Source: Candidatus Poribacteria bacterium
GTDB lineage: Bacteria; Poribacteria; WGA-4E; WGA-3G
Length of the DNA: 64,000 nucleotides
NCBI GenBank assembly: GCA_965242965.1
Contig: OZ251518.1
Location: 3,552,001-3,616,000, forward strand
Direction: 5' to 3'
Shown: in pieces, positions 31,509 to 40,871 of the stretch
Layout of the letters: every line of letters begins with the position of its first letter
Numbering within the stretch: position 1 is the first letter of the stretch
Notes under the pieces: generated by a model
What the model was told of the DNA's origin: nothing
Databases searched by the model: none
What the model saw: only the letters and a program-made list of their open reading frames with translations
Program-made: the position numbers and the translations under genes

Positions 31509-32814
31509 AAATGGGCACATCGTCCCGCAATTCATAGAGCCCACCGATGCGGCGTTGTTGGCTATTGCCGAGCAACTCATCGCGGTTTTCGAGGATTCGC
31601 CGGGCAAGCCGAGAAACGCTGTCTTGGAGGAAAGCAAGGAGATTATTGATGCCGCATCGGGAATACTAGTAGTCAAGCGCGGACTTGAAAAGCTGCTGTT
31701 GGATCGGACGGAGTTTGACACTGCGCCGAATGAAGAACTCATCGCGTTTCGGGAGAAGTTGTTTACGGCGACGAGTCGGTTGCTTTCGGGAGAGGCGTTT
31801 GAAGATGATGCGGCGTATCGGCGGCGCGTGGAAGAAATCGCGCGCTTGGACAGCGAGCCTAGCGGACAGGAAGAGCTGCGCGCGAGGCTTTACGCGGATT
31901 TGCCGAGTTGTCAACCTGTTGTGGCGTTCAAGACGCTTTCGCCTGAACGGTTGCTGCATCGATATAACTGCGCGCAGGTGCAGGGGTTGCTGCTGCACTG
32001 TAATACGCTAACCTTGCGGCTTGCGGATTCAATGACGGCGGAGTTGCGGCAGCTGTTTAAGTATTTGCGGTTTCATCAGTTGTTGTCGACGATTCAGAAA
32101 GAATCGGGACCGGGGGTATCGAAGCCAGAGGGGTTTTCCGATGAGGCATCGAGACTAGGGGAGTTTTCCGGTGGTGCATCGAGACCAGGAGGTCTCGCCT
32201 ACGGGGAGGAGAAGGCGTTTTATCAGATTACGGTGGATGGGCCGCTGAATCTGTTTTACAAGACGAAGCGGTATGGCATGAATCTGGCGAATTTCTTTGT
32301 TGCGGTGCTGCATCAGCCGGAGTGGGAGTTGATGGCGGAGATCCGACTTCGGCATCAGCCGACTTATCAGTTGCGTTTAGATGAATCTTGCGGTATCAAG
32401 CCGATTTCGCAGCAGTTCCTCGCCTATATTCCGGAGGATATCCAACTTTTTCAGACGATGCTTCACAATAAAACGGATGCATGGCGCGTTACGCCGGGGA
32501 GTCATTTTCTCCCTTTGATGGGCGATTTTTACTGTTTTCCGGATTACGCGCTGGTGCATCAAAGTGGTGTGGAGGCGGCGATTGAGTTATTTCATCCGTG
32601 GCATCAGGGGCATCTCATCGCGCGGCTGAACACCCTTGCGGAACATTCCGCCGCAACAAACCTGATTTTGGGAGTCTCTACCGAGTTGTCAAAGCAGCCG
32701 ATGCTTGCGGCGGCGTTGGAGGCATCGGCATATTTCTCGGCATTTGGGTTCACGTTCCGTTCTGTGCCGACGATGGGCGCGTTGCTTCCGATTTTGGAGT
32801 CGCTGGTTGGCTGA
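31474..32814 (+). CDS. DUF790 (Bax1-like) endonuclease, partner of XPB
   Basis: MLTKDL start, RYNCAQVQGLL, DGPLNLF...YG, FPDY...IELF; overlaps the helicase gene; in-frame REP insert at about 32110-32205. Confidence 0.85.
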   Translation: MLTKDLVRYHIENGHIVPQFIEPTDAALLAIAEQLIAVFEDSPGKPRNAVLEESKEIIDAASGILVVKRGLEKLLLDRTEFDTAPNEELIAFREKLFTATSRLLSGEAFEDDAAYRRRVEEIARLDSEPSGQEELRARLYADLPSCQPVVAFKTLSPERLLHRYNCAQVQGLLLHCNTLTLRLADSMTAELRQLFKYLRFHQLLSTIQKESGPGVSKPEGFSDEASRLGEFSGGASRPGGLAYGEEKAFYQITVDGPLNLFYKTKRYGMNLANFFVAVLHQPEWELMAEIRLRHQPTYQLRLDESCGIKPISQQFLAYIPEDIQLFQTMLHNKTDAWRVTPGSHFLPLMGDFYCFPDYALVHQSGVEAAIELFHPWHQGHLIARLNTLAEHSAATNLILGVSTELSKQPMLAAALEASAYFSAFGFTFRSVPTMGALLPILESLVG

Positions 32815-32842
32815 GAACCGTCCGGTTTCTGTCCAAAAAAAC

Positions 32843-32872
32843 TTGACATTGCCTTCTGAATTCTGATATAAT
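32843..32872 (+). promoter_or_regulatory. Sigma70 promoter of the AAA array operon
   Basis: TTGACA-18-TATAAT with TG extension. Confidence 0.8.
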
Positions 32873-32917
32873 AGTTAACAGGAAATCGGAACGCCGCTGA
32901 AAAATGAGGAATGAGCT

Positions 32918-34558
32918 ATGAAATGGTTTGAAACGCGAGGCCCCGTGAACCCTGAAGATAACTACGTCGTTGCTCGGCCGGCTGAGCTTGCGGATTTCAT
33001 CAAGCGAGTGAAACGGGGCCGCTACGTCGTGCTCTTCGCGCCGCGTCAAACGGGGAAGACGACGTTCTTCAAGACTGCGCTAGAGATGTTGGAAACCGCC
33101 GAAGCAGGCGCATATCTCCCGATACAACTCAATTTTGAGGCGTATAACAACCTCGCCAGTCTTGATTTTTACGAGGCACTCTACGAAGATATTCGCGAAG
33201 AAATAACGGGCGTTTTTCGTCGGCAAGGAAAAGTGCCGTCGGATGCCCTCGTCCACCTTTTGGAGAACACGAAACTCACGACAGCACTTTCTATGAGAAG
33301 GTTCCTGACTCAGTTAGGGGAATCGCTCTCCCCGCTGCGGGTTGTCATCATTATTGATGAGTTTGATGGCATCCCGCAAGCCGCCCTCAGCGATTTTCTG
33401 CATACGCTCCGGCACATCTACCTCCTGGGGAGGAAGGAACGCTGTCCCTACAGTGTCGGCATCGTTGGCGTAAAGAGCATCACGCAGCTGAATTACGATA
33501 GGACTATCTCACCGTTCAATGTTCAGGATGAGTTCCACTTGCCGAATTTCACGTTGGCGCAGGTGCAGGAATTGCTCGGAGAATATACCGCGGAGGTGGG
33601 ACAGGCGTTCGCGCCGGCTGTCATTGAGACGCTGCATCGGCAGACAGGTGGGCAGCCGTTTCTTGTCAACCGTCTGGCGCAGCTACTCACTGAGGAGATG
33701 GACATTCCGAAGACAGAGACGATTACCGCCGCGCACTTCGCGCAGGCACATCAGGAAATTCTGGGTGAATACAACGTCAACATTGCGCATCTCCGGACGA
33801 ATATCCGCAGAAACCCGCGCTTTCAGCGTCAGCTCATGCAAATCATCTCCTACGATGAAGGCGTGAGATTCAATCCGGACGATGACATCCTCAGTGAATT
33901 GGCTACCTACGGTGTCATCGCAAAGGGGGAGCGAGGCTTGTGTGAGATTGCGAACCCGATTTATCTTTACCGCATCTTGCAAACGTTTGAACCGTTGATT
34001 AACGGGCTGGAGCAAGACTACTATCCGCAGGACACGGGCAACGGGTATCACGATTACCTCACGGCGGATGGCGCGATAGCCATGGAGCGGTTGCTGGATA
34101 ACTTTCGGGATTTCATTGCGCGCGCGGGGTTCCGCATCTTGCAAGTGCCGGATACCCCGCGGGAATATGTCGGACAATATCTGCTGTTCGCCTATCTAGA
34201 TCAGTTTGTCCGCCAGGTGCGGGGTGCGATGCATTTGGAGGTGCAAACCGGGCGCGGTCGGGCAGACCTGGTGATATTCCATCACGGCCAGAAACATATC
34301 GTGGAGACGAAGATTTGGCAGGGCGAAAAGAGTTATCGCGCGGGCAAGGCGCAACTGTCTGCGTATCTAAAACTGGAAGGCGTGCCGGCGGGATACTATG
34401 TGGTGTTCGATCATCGTGAAACGCCGGTGCCGCGCGTGGAAACGGAAACGGTGGAGGGACAGACGATTCGGAGTTACGTCATTCCGGTCGTGCAAAAACG
34501 TCCATCAACAGCGAGTGACAGCGACGGTGCGATGCCCGTTGAGAGGAGTGAACCATGA
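32918..34558 (+). CDS. AAA-like ATPase/PD-(D/E)xK protein (paralog 2)
   Basis: Same motifs as 23284-24897; ATGA overlap with the next gene. Confidence 0.87.
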   Translation: MKWFETRGPVNPEDNYVVARPAELADFIKRVKRGRYVVLFAPRQTGKTTFFKTALEMLETAEAGAYLPIQLNFEAYNNLASLDFYEALYEDIREEITGVFRRQGKVPSDALVHLLENTKLTTALSMRRFLTQLGESLSPLRVVIIIDEFDGIPQAALSDFLHTLRHIYLLGRKERCPYSVGIVGVKSITQLNYDRTISPFNVQDEFHLPNFTLAQVQELLGEYTAEVGQAFAPAVIETLHRQTGGQPFLVNRLAQLLTEEMDIPKTETITAAHFAQAHQEILGEYNVNIAHLRTNIRRNPRFQRQLMQIISYDEGVRFNPDDDILSELATYGVIAKGERGLCEIANPIYLYRILQTFEPLINGLEQDYYPQDTGNGYHDYLTADGAIAMERLLDNFRDFIARAGFRILQVPDTPREYVGQYLLFAYLDQFVRQVRGAMHLEVQTGRGRADLVIFHHGQKHIVETKIWQGEKSYRAGKAQLSAYLKLEGVPAGYYVVFDHRETPVPRVETETVEGQTIRSYVIPVVQKRPSTASDSDGAMPVERSEP

Positions 34559-36195
34559 AATGGTTTGAAACGCGAGGGCCCGTTAACCCTGAAGATAACT
34601 ACGTTGTTGCTCGGCCGGCTGAGCTTGCGGATTTCATCAAGCGAGTGAAACGGGGCCGCTACGTCGTGCTCTTTGCGCCGCGCCAAACAGGGAAGACGAC
34701 GTTCTTCAAGACTGCGCTAGAGATGCTGGAAACCGCCGGAGAAGGCGCATATCTCCCGATACAACTCAATTTTGAGATTTATGAAGGCTATGGCCGTGCC
34801 GAGTTCTATGGCAGTCTCCGCGAAAATATTTGTATGGAAATAGCGGCAGTTTTTCGTCAGCGTCGCATTCCGCTTACTGAAGAGTTGGCAGACTTTTTGG
34901 CGAACGCGCCGCTAACAAATTCGCTTTCACTGGGAAGTTTCTTTCGGCAACTCGGACTGCTGCTAGCCCAGCAACGGGTTGTCCTCCTCATTGACGAGTT
35001 TGATGCTATCCCGCGGGAGGAATTGCGCAATTTTCTGCGGACGCTCCGGTATATCTACCTGCTAGGGCGGAAGGAACGCTGTCCCTATAGCGTCGGCATC
35101 GTTGGCGTGAAGAGCATCACGCAGTTGGACTACGATAGGACTATCTCGCCGTTCAATATTCAGGATGAGTTCCACTTGCCGAATTTCACGTTGGCGCAGG
35201 TGCAGGAACTGCTTGGAGAATATACGGCGGAAGTCGGACAAGCATTTGCACCTGCCGTTGTTGAATCCCTGCATCGGCAGACAGGTGGGCAGCCGTTTCT
35301 TGTCAACCGTTTGGCGCAGCTGCTCACCGAGGAGATGGACATCTCACAGACAGAAACGATTACCGCCGTGCACTTCGCGAAAGCGCATCAGCACATTCTG
35401 GGTGAAGACAACGTCAACCTTGTGCATCTCCGGACGAATGTCCGCAGAAACCCGCGCTTTCAGCATCGCCTGATGCAAATCATTTCCTACGATGAAGGCG
35501 TTGACTTCAATCTTGATGACGACATCCTCAGTGAATTGGCTACCTACGGTGTCATCGCAAAGGGGGAGAGAGGCTTGTGTGAGATTGCGAACCCGATTTA
35601 TCTTTACCGGATTTTGCGGACATTTCAACCGTTTATCAACGGGCTGGAGCAGGACTACTATCCGCAGGACACGGGCAACGGTTACCACGATTACCTCTCG
35701 GCGGAGGGTGCTATTGCCATGGAGCGGTTGCTGGATAACTTTCGGGATTTCATTGCGCGCGCCGGGTTCCGCATCTTACAAGTGCCGGATACCCCGCGGG
35801 AATATGTCGGACAGTATTTGCTGTTCGCCTACTTGGACCAGTTTGTTCGGCAGGTGCGCGGTGCGATGCATCTGGAGGTGCAAACCGGGCGGGGCCGGGC
35901 AGATTTGGTGATATTCCATCAAGGCCAGAAACATATCGTAGAGACGAAGATTTGGCAGGGCGAAAAGAGTTATCGCGCCGGTAAGGCGCAACTGTCTGCG
36001 TATCTAAAATTGGAAGGCGTGTCGGCGGGATACTATGTCGTCTTCGATCATCGTGAAACGCCGGTGCCGCGCGTGGAGATGGAAACGGTGGAGGGACGAA
36101 CGATTCGGAGTTACGTCATTCCGGTGCTGCAAAAACGTCCGTCAACCGCGGTTGACAGCGAGAGGACGATGCCCGTTGAGAGGAGTGAACCATGA
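34555..36195 (+). CDS. AAA-like ATPase/PD-(D/E)xK protein (paralog 3)
   Basis: Starts 1637 bp after paralog 2; N- and C-terminal DNA nearly identical to it. Confidence 0.87.
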   Translation: MKWFETRGPVNPEDNYVVARPAELADFIKRVKRGRYVVLFAPRQTGKTTFFKTALEMLETAGEGAYLPIQLNFEIYEGYGRAEFYGSLRENICMEIAAVFRQRRIPLTEELADFLANAPLTNSLSLGSFFRQLGLLLAQQRVVLLIDEFDAIPREELRNFLRTLRYIYLLGRKERCPYSVGIVGVKSITQLDYDRTISPFNIQDEFHLPNFTLAQVQELLGEYTAEVGQAFAPAVVESLHRQTGGQPFLVNRLAQLLTEEMDISQTETITAVHFAKAHQHILGEDNVNLVHLRTNVRRNPRFQHRLMQIISYDEGVDFNLDDDILSELATYGVIAKGERGLCEIANPIYLYRILRTFQPFINGLEQDYYPQDTGNGYHDYLSAEGAIAMERLLDNFRDFIARAGFRILQVPDTPREYVGQYLLFAYLDQFVRQVRGAMHLEVQTGRGRADLVIFHQGQKHIVETKIWQGEKSYRAGKAQLSAYLKLEGVSAGYYVVFDHRETPVPRVEMETVEGRTIRSYVIPVLQKRPSTAVDSERTMPVERSEP

Positions 36196-37814
36196 GATAT
36201 TTTGAGACGCGAGGACCCGTGAATGCCGAGGAGAACTACGTTGTCGCGCGGCTGCAGGAGACAGCGGATTTTATGAGGCGCGTGGCGTTGGGACGGTATA
36301 TCGTGCTTTTTGCGCCGCGTCAGACAGGGAAGACGACGTTCTTCAAAACGGCTGCAGAGCGGCTGGAGACAGAGGAGGCAGGTGCCTATCTTCCGATACA
36401 ACTCAATTTTGAGATTTATGAAGATTGGCACGGTTCTGAATCGGAGTTTTACGGCGTTTTCTACCAGCGGCTTTGCCAAGAGCTTGCGAACGTTTTTCGC
36501 GAGCGGCAACCACACCCGGGTCCAGCCGCCTTAACGCAGTTTTTGGAGAATACCGCGATAACCGACCGGTTTTCACTACTGGCGTTTTTTGAAGCCCTCG
36601 GGCGGCTCCTTGGCAACCAGCGCGTTGTGCTCATCATTGACGAGTTTGATGCGATTCCGCCGCCCGCGGTGAAAGGCTTCCTCCGCACGCTCCGGCACAT
36701 CTATATTTCGGGCAAACCTCGGTGTCCACATAGCGTCGCCATTGTCGGCGTGAAAAATATCACGCAGTTGAACTATGATAGGACTATCTCGCCGTTCAAT
36801 GTGCAGGATGAGTTCCATCTGCCGAACTTCACGTTGGCGCAGGTGCAGGAATTGCTCGGAGAATATACGGCAGAAGTCGGACAGGCGTTCGCGCCGGCTG
36901 TCATTGAAACGCTGCATCGGCAGACAGGTGGGCAGCCGTTTCTTGTCAACCGTCTGGCGCAGCTACTCACTGAGGAGATGGACATTCCGAAAACGGAAAC
37001 GATTCACCTGGGACACTTTTCCGGGGGGCATGCGCAAATCCTGCACGAACAAAATGTCAACATCCATCACCTCACTACCAATATCCGCAGAAACCCGCGC
37101 TTTCAGCGTCAGCTCATGCAAATCATCTCCTACGATGAAGGCGTGAGATTCAATCTGGAAAATGACATCCTCAGTGAATTGGCTACCTACGGTGTCATCG
37201 CAAAGGGGGAGGGCGGCTTATGTGAGATTGCGAACCCGATTTATCTTCACCGCATCTTGCAAACGTTTGAACCGCTGATTAACGGGTTGGAACAAGAATA
37301 CTATCCACAGGACACGGGCAACGGGTATCACGATTACCTCACGGCGGATGGCACTATTGCCATGGGGCGGTTGCTGGATAACTTCCGCGATTTCATTGCG
37401 CGCGCCGGGTTCCGCATTCTGCAAGTGCCGGATACCCCGCGGGAATATGTCGGACAGTATCTACTGTTGGCCTACTTGGACCAGTTTGTCCGCCAGGTGC
37501 GGGGTGCGATGCATCTGGAGGTGCAAACCGGGCGGGGCCGGGCAGACCTGGTGATATTCCATCAAGGCCAGAAACACATCGTGGAGACGAAGATTTGGCA
37601 GGGCGAAAAGAGTTATCGCGCGGGTAAGGCGCAGTTGTCCGCGTATCTAAAACTGGAAGGCGTGCCGGCGGGTTACTATGTCGTCTTCGATCATCGCGAA
37701 ACGCCGGTGCCGCGCGTGGAAACGGAAACGGTGGAGGGACGGACGATTCGGAGTTACGTCATTCCGGTCGTGCAAGAACGTCCCTCAGTAATGACAACGG
37801 AGGAAACATCATGA
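36192..37814 (+). CDS. AAA-like ATPase/PD-(D/E)xK protein (paralog 4)
   Basis: Starts 1637 bp after paralog 3; ATGA overlaps on both sides. Confidence 0.87.
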   Translation: MRYFETRGPVNAEENYVVARLQETADFMRRVALGRYIVLFAPRQTGKTTFFKTAAERLETEEAGAYLPIQLNFEIYEDWHGSESEFYGVFYQRLCQELANVFRERQPHPGPAALTQFLENTAITDRFSLLAFFEALGRLLGNQRVVLIIDEFDAIPPPAVKGFLRTLRHIYISGKPRCPHSVAIVGVKNITQLNYDRTISPFNVQDEFHLPNFTLAQVQELLGEYTAEVGQAFAPAVIETLHRQTGGQPFLVNRLAQLLTEEMDIPKTETIHLGHFSGGHAQILHEQNVNIHHLTTNIRRNPRFQRQLMQIISYDEGVRFNLENDILSELATYGVIAKGEGGLCEIANPIYLHRILQTFEPLINGLEQEYYPQDTGNGYHDYLTADGTIAMGRLLDNFRDFIARAGFRILQVPDTPREYVGQYLLLAYLDQFVRQVRGAMHLEVQTGRGRADLVIFHQGQKHIVETKIWQGEKSYRAGKAQLSAYLKLEGVPAGYYVVFDHRETPVPRVETETVEGRTIRSYVIPVVQERPSVMTTEETS

Positions 37815-38296
37815 AGGGAATTATCGCGATAAGCCTACTGCTGTGCCTCGCGGCGTGCGGGCCGAAAAGCATCCCCTATTCGGACAGCACGGACGCGCCA
37901 GAGCCGAGCGATGTCGCCAAGGCGCACTATAACTGGGGCACAGAAGCCGCACAAGATGGTGACTTAGCACAGGCGATTATTGAACTCAAATTGGCGATTC
38001 AGAATGAACCGCGCTGGGCAATGCCGTATTTCACCCTCGGCGTTGTCTACGGAAATCAGGGTGAACTCGACCGGGCTATCCCCGCATGGGAGCGTGCGAC
38101 GCAGTTAGATGCAGACTTTGCGAAGGCGCATTACAACCTCGCCATCGCCTATTCGGTGAAGAAACAGAAGGCGATGTCTATCGCATCGCTGCGCGAAGCA
38201 GCGCGGTTAGATAAAGCCGCTCTCGCCGCAGCGAAAGCGGAACCCGGATTTGATAACATTCGGGAAATGCCCGCGTATCAGCAATTGATAAAATAG
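37811..38296 (+). CDS. TPR-repeat lipoprotein
   Basis: Lipobox LAAC; AHYNWG, YFTLG and AHYNLA TPR units. Confidence 0.85.
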   Translation: MKGIIAISLLLCLAACGPKSIPYSDSTDAPEPSDVAKAHYNWGTEAAQDGDLAQAIIELKLAIQNEPRWAMPYFTLGVVYGNQGELDRAIPAWERATQLDADFAKAHYNLAIAYSVKKQKAMSIASLREAARLDKAALAAAKAEPGFDNIREMPAYQQLIK

Positions 38297-38307
38297 GAGG
38301 TAATACA

Positions 38308-39763
38308 ATGAGAAATGCCCTCTATTTTGGCGATAACCTCAACGTCATGCGCGAGATGCAAACCGCGCGCTACCACACCTGCTATCTCGATCCGCCGTTT
38401 AACAGCGGCCGCAACTACAACATCTTCCTCGCCGGCTCAAAAGCGCAACGCAAAGCGTTTGACGACATCTGGCGATGGGACGATGCCGCCCGCGAAAACC
38501 AAGCTGCTGTCCTTCACTACGCTCACTACGATGGACGGCACCCTGAACTCGTTGAAACCATGGACAATTTGTCGGATTGTTTAACAGGATTTGACCAAAT
38601 TTTGAAGGGGGGGGTATAAGGGCAAAAACGCGGATTCGATGCGTGCCTATCTCGCCTTCATGGCACCGCGCCTCGCGGAGATTTGGCGTTTACTAACGCC
38701 GGATGGAAGTGTGTATCTGCACTGCGACCCGCACGCAAGTCATTATCTGAAGGTGATGATGGACATTATCTTTGGTGCCAACCAATTCCAGAATGAATTC
38801 ATCTGGTATTATGGCGGCGGTGGTGCATCAAAACGGCGTTGGGCACGAAAACACGATGTCCTCCTTTTCTATACAAAGGGGAGTTCGTGGACATTCAACC
38901 TTGATGCTGTCCGCACGCCGCACAAGTGGAATAAGGGGCAAAAACGGGCAGACGGTTCGGAACGGGCGGAATCCGGTAAGATTCCTGACGATGTGTTTCA
39001 GTATCACTCGCTTATGCCCTGGTCAAAGGAGCGTCTTGGATATCCGACACAAAAGCCGCTTGCGCTGTTGGAACGCATCATTAAAGCCTCCTCTAACCCC
39101 GGCGACATCATCTTCGATCCGTTCTGTGGCTGTGGCACGGCGTTAGATGCCGCGCATGGACTCGACAGGCACTGGGTAGGCATCGATTTGACGGTGCTCG
39201 CTTTGGAACCGATGGAGCGGCGGCTGCGCGAACGTCACGGACTTACCCCCAAAGTCGATTACGACATCGAGGGATACCCCACGACGTGTCAGGATGCCAT
39301 CCTCCTCGCCGAGCAGAATCCGCACGATTTTGCAAACTGGGCCGTCACGCGATTGGGACTTTCTCCGACGGCGAACAGCAACGATGGCGGGTTTGATGGC
39401 ACGGGGAAGGTGCTACTTTGGGAAAACAGCCGCGCGGCGATGCAGCTGCCGGTTATCGCCGAAGTGAAATCGGGGCGGAGTTTGAACCTGAATCAGGTGC
39501 GCGCGTTCCGCACGGCGATGCAAGACGCGAACGCCGCCCTTGGGATTTTCATTACGCTGCACCCTGTCACGCGCGGGATGCGGAACCTCGCCGAAGCAGA
39601 AGGGACAATTGAGCATAACGGCAAACGATACCCGCGTTTGCAATTCTGGCAGGTAACGGATGCCTATTTTACGGATGGGCTTATTCCGGTGAAGTTGCCG
39701 TGGCAGATAGATGAGCGTCCGAAGGCGGCGCGGCATTATAGCGGGGAGCAGACCTATTTTTAA
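38308..39763 (+). CDS. Beta-class N4/N6 DNA methyltransferase with C-terminal Mrr-like endonuclease, split at a G8 tract (38607-38614)
   Basis: 5' ORF has GDNL, YLDPPFNS; 3' ORF has YPTQKP, FDPFCGCGT and DGGFDG...AEVKSG. Removing one G gives one 484-aa frame. Confidence 0.85.
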
Positions 39764-39823
39764 GTGGTTCGGGTGGATATGGAAATCCTCCGTTACAAAA
39801 CGTTATTGAGGCACGAAAAACGC

Positions 39824-40765
39824 ATGGCGAATTACACGAAACTTTCATCGGTAGAACTCGCGGAGATACTCGCACATTACGCCATCGGCGAAGCGCGACA
39901 GCTTGAAGAGATGCCCGGGGGATTCGGAAACAGCAACTTTAAGTTGACGACGACAGAAGGCACGTTTCTGCTGAAAATTTGTGATGAGAAAAATGCGGCG
40001 GAGCTCCAGATGCAAATCGAGCTGCTCGCGCGGCTAAAAGAGCACGCTTATCCGACGGCGTATCCGATTTTGCAAAAGAATGGTGATGCTGTCTACGTGA
40101 TCGCGTCACCGGAATACCGCGTGATGCTTTATCCGTTTTTGCCCGGTGGCACGCCGCAGCTCTCTCCGAAGGTGCTATCGCAGCTCGGTGAGGCGTTGGC
40201 GAGACTGCATCGTATCCCACCCATTGCAGGGCTCCCGCGCTTTCCGATGGGCATGTCGCAAATCAGACCGTTTTTAGCGGAAGTGCAGACTACGCCGTTT
40301 GCTGCGCATCCGTTTATTGACTGGATGAAATCGGAATTGGAATCGATTGAACCGCAACTTAACGAACCGTTACCGACAGGGCTGCTGCACGGAGATCTTT
40401 TTGCAGATAACACCCTTTTTGATGGAGAGGAGCTGCGCGCGATCCTTGACTTTGAGGAGGGATGTCACGATACTTTGCTCATTGATGTCGGGATGACAAT
40501 TATCGGGTGCTGTTATTCGGAACAGCATGCGTTGAATGCAGCAGCGGCGCGCAGTTTTTTAGATGCCTACGCTGCGCTGCGTCCTTTAACGCCTCGCGAG
40601 TCCGAGTGTTTGGACGCTTTCGTTCGCTATGCCGCGCTGGCGATTGCGTTCTGGCGGTTCCGCCAATTCAACATCCGCCGGCCGGATGCGCGCCTCGCGG
40701 ATGCGTATCAAGAGATGATAACCCGCAGTGCCGCTTGGCATTCCGTTTTTTCCACGGCCCCGTAG
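39824..40765 (+). CDS. thrB: Homoserine kinase type II (APH-like fold)
   Basis: MANYTKL...G..NSNF, LPTGLLHGDLFADN, ILDF. Confidence 0.8.
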   Translation: MANYTKLSSVELAEILAHYAIGEARQLEEMPGGFGNSNFKLTTTEGTFLLKICDEKNAAELQMQIELLARLKEHAYPTAYPILQKNGDAVYVIASPEYRVMLYPFLPGGTPQLSPKVLSQLGEALARLHRIPPIAGLPRFPMGMSQIRPFLAEVQTTPFAAHPFIDWMKSELESIEPQLNEPLPTGLLHGDLFADNTLFDGEELRAILDFEEGCHDTLLIDVGMTIIGCCYSEQHALNAAAARSFLDAYAALRPLTPRESECLDAFVRYAALAIAFWRFRQFNIRRPDARLADAYQEMITRSAAWHSVFSTAP

Positions 40766-40842
40766 GGCGAGGGCCTGTCCCTCGCCGTGCATCGCATTCT
40801 GTTTTTCCCAGTATCCGTAGGGCGAGGGCCTGTCCCTCGCCA
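40762..40842. repeat. Two tandem GTAGGGCGAGGGCCTGTCCCTCGCC hairpins
   Basis: Copies at 40762 and about 40817; the first supplies the thrB stop codon. Confidence 0.85.
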
Positions 40843-40871
40843 CGCATCGCATTTAGCAAATCCGAAGAATT

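Noticed and set aside
30114-32814. Helicase-nuclease pair as a new defence system
   Set aside because: It matches the known XPB/Rad25-DUF790 (Bax1) pairing; only the REP insertion is unusual.
32918-37814. Diversity-generating retroelement acting on the AAA paralogs
   Set aside because: No reverse transcriptase or template repeat in the window; the variation is not adenine-specific, includes indels and is not C-terminal.
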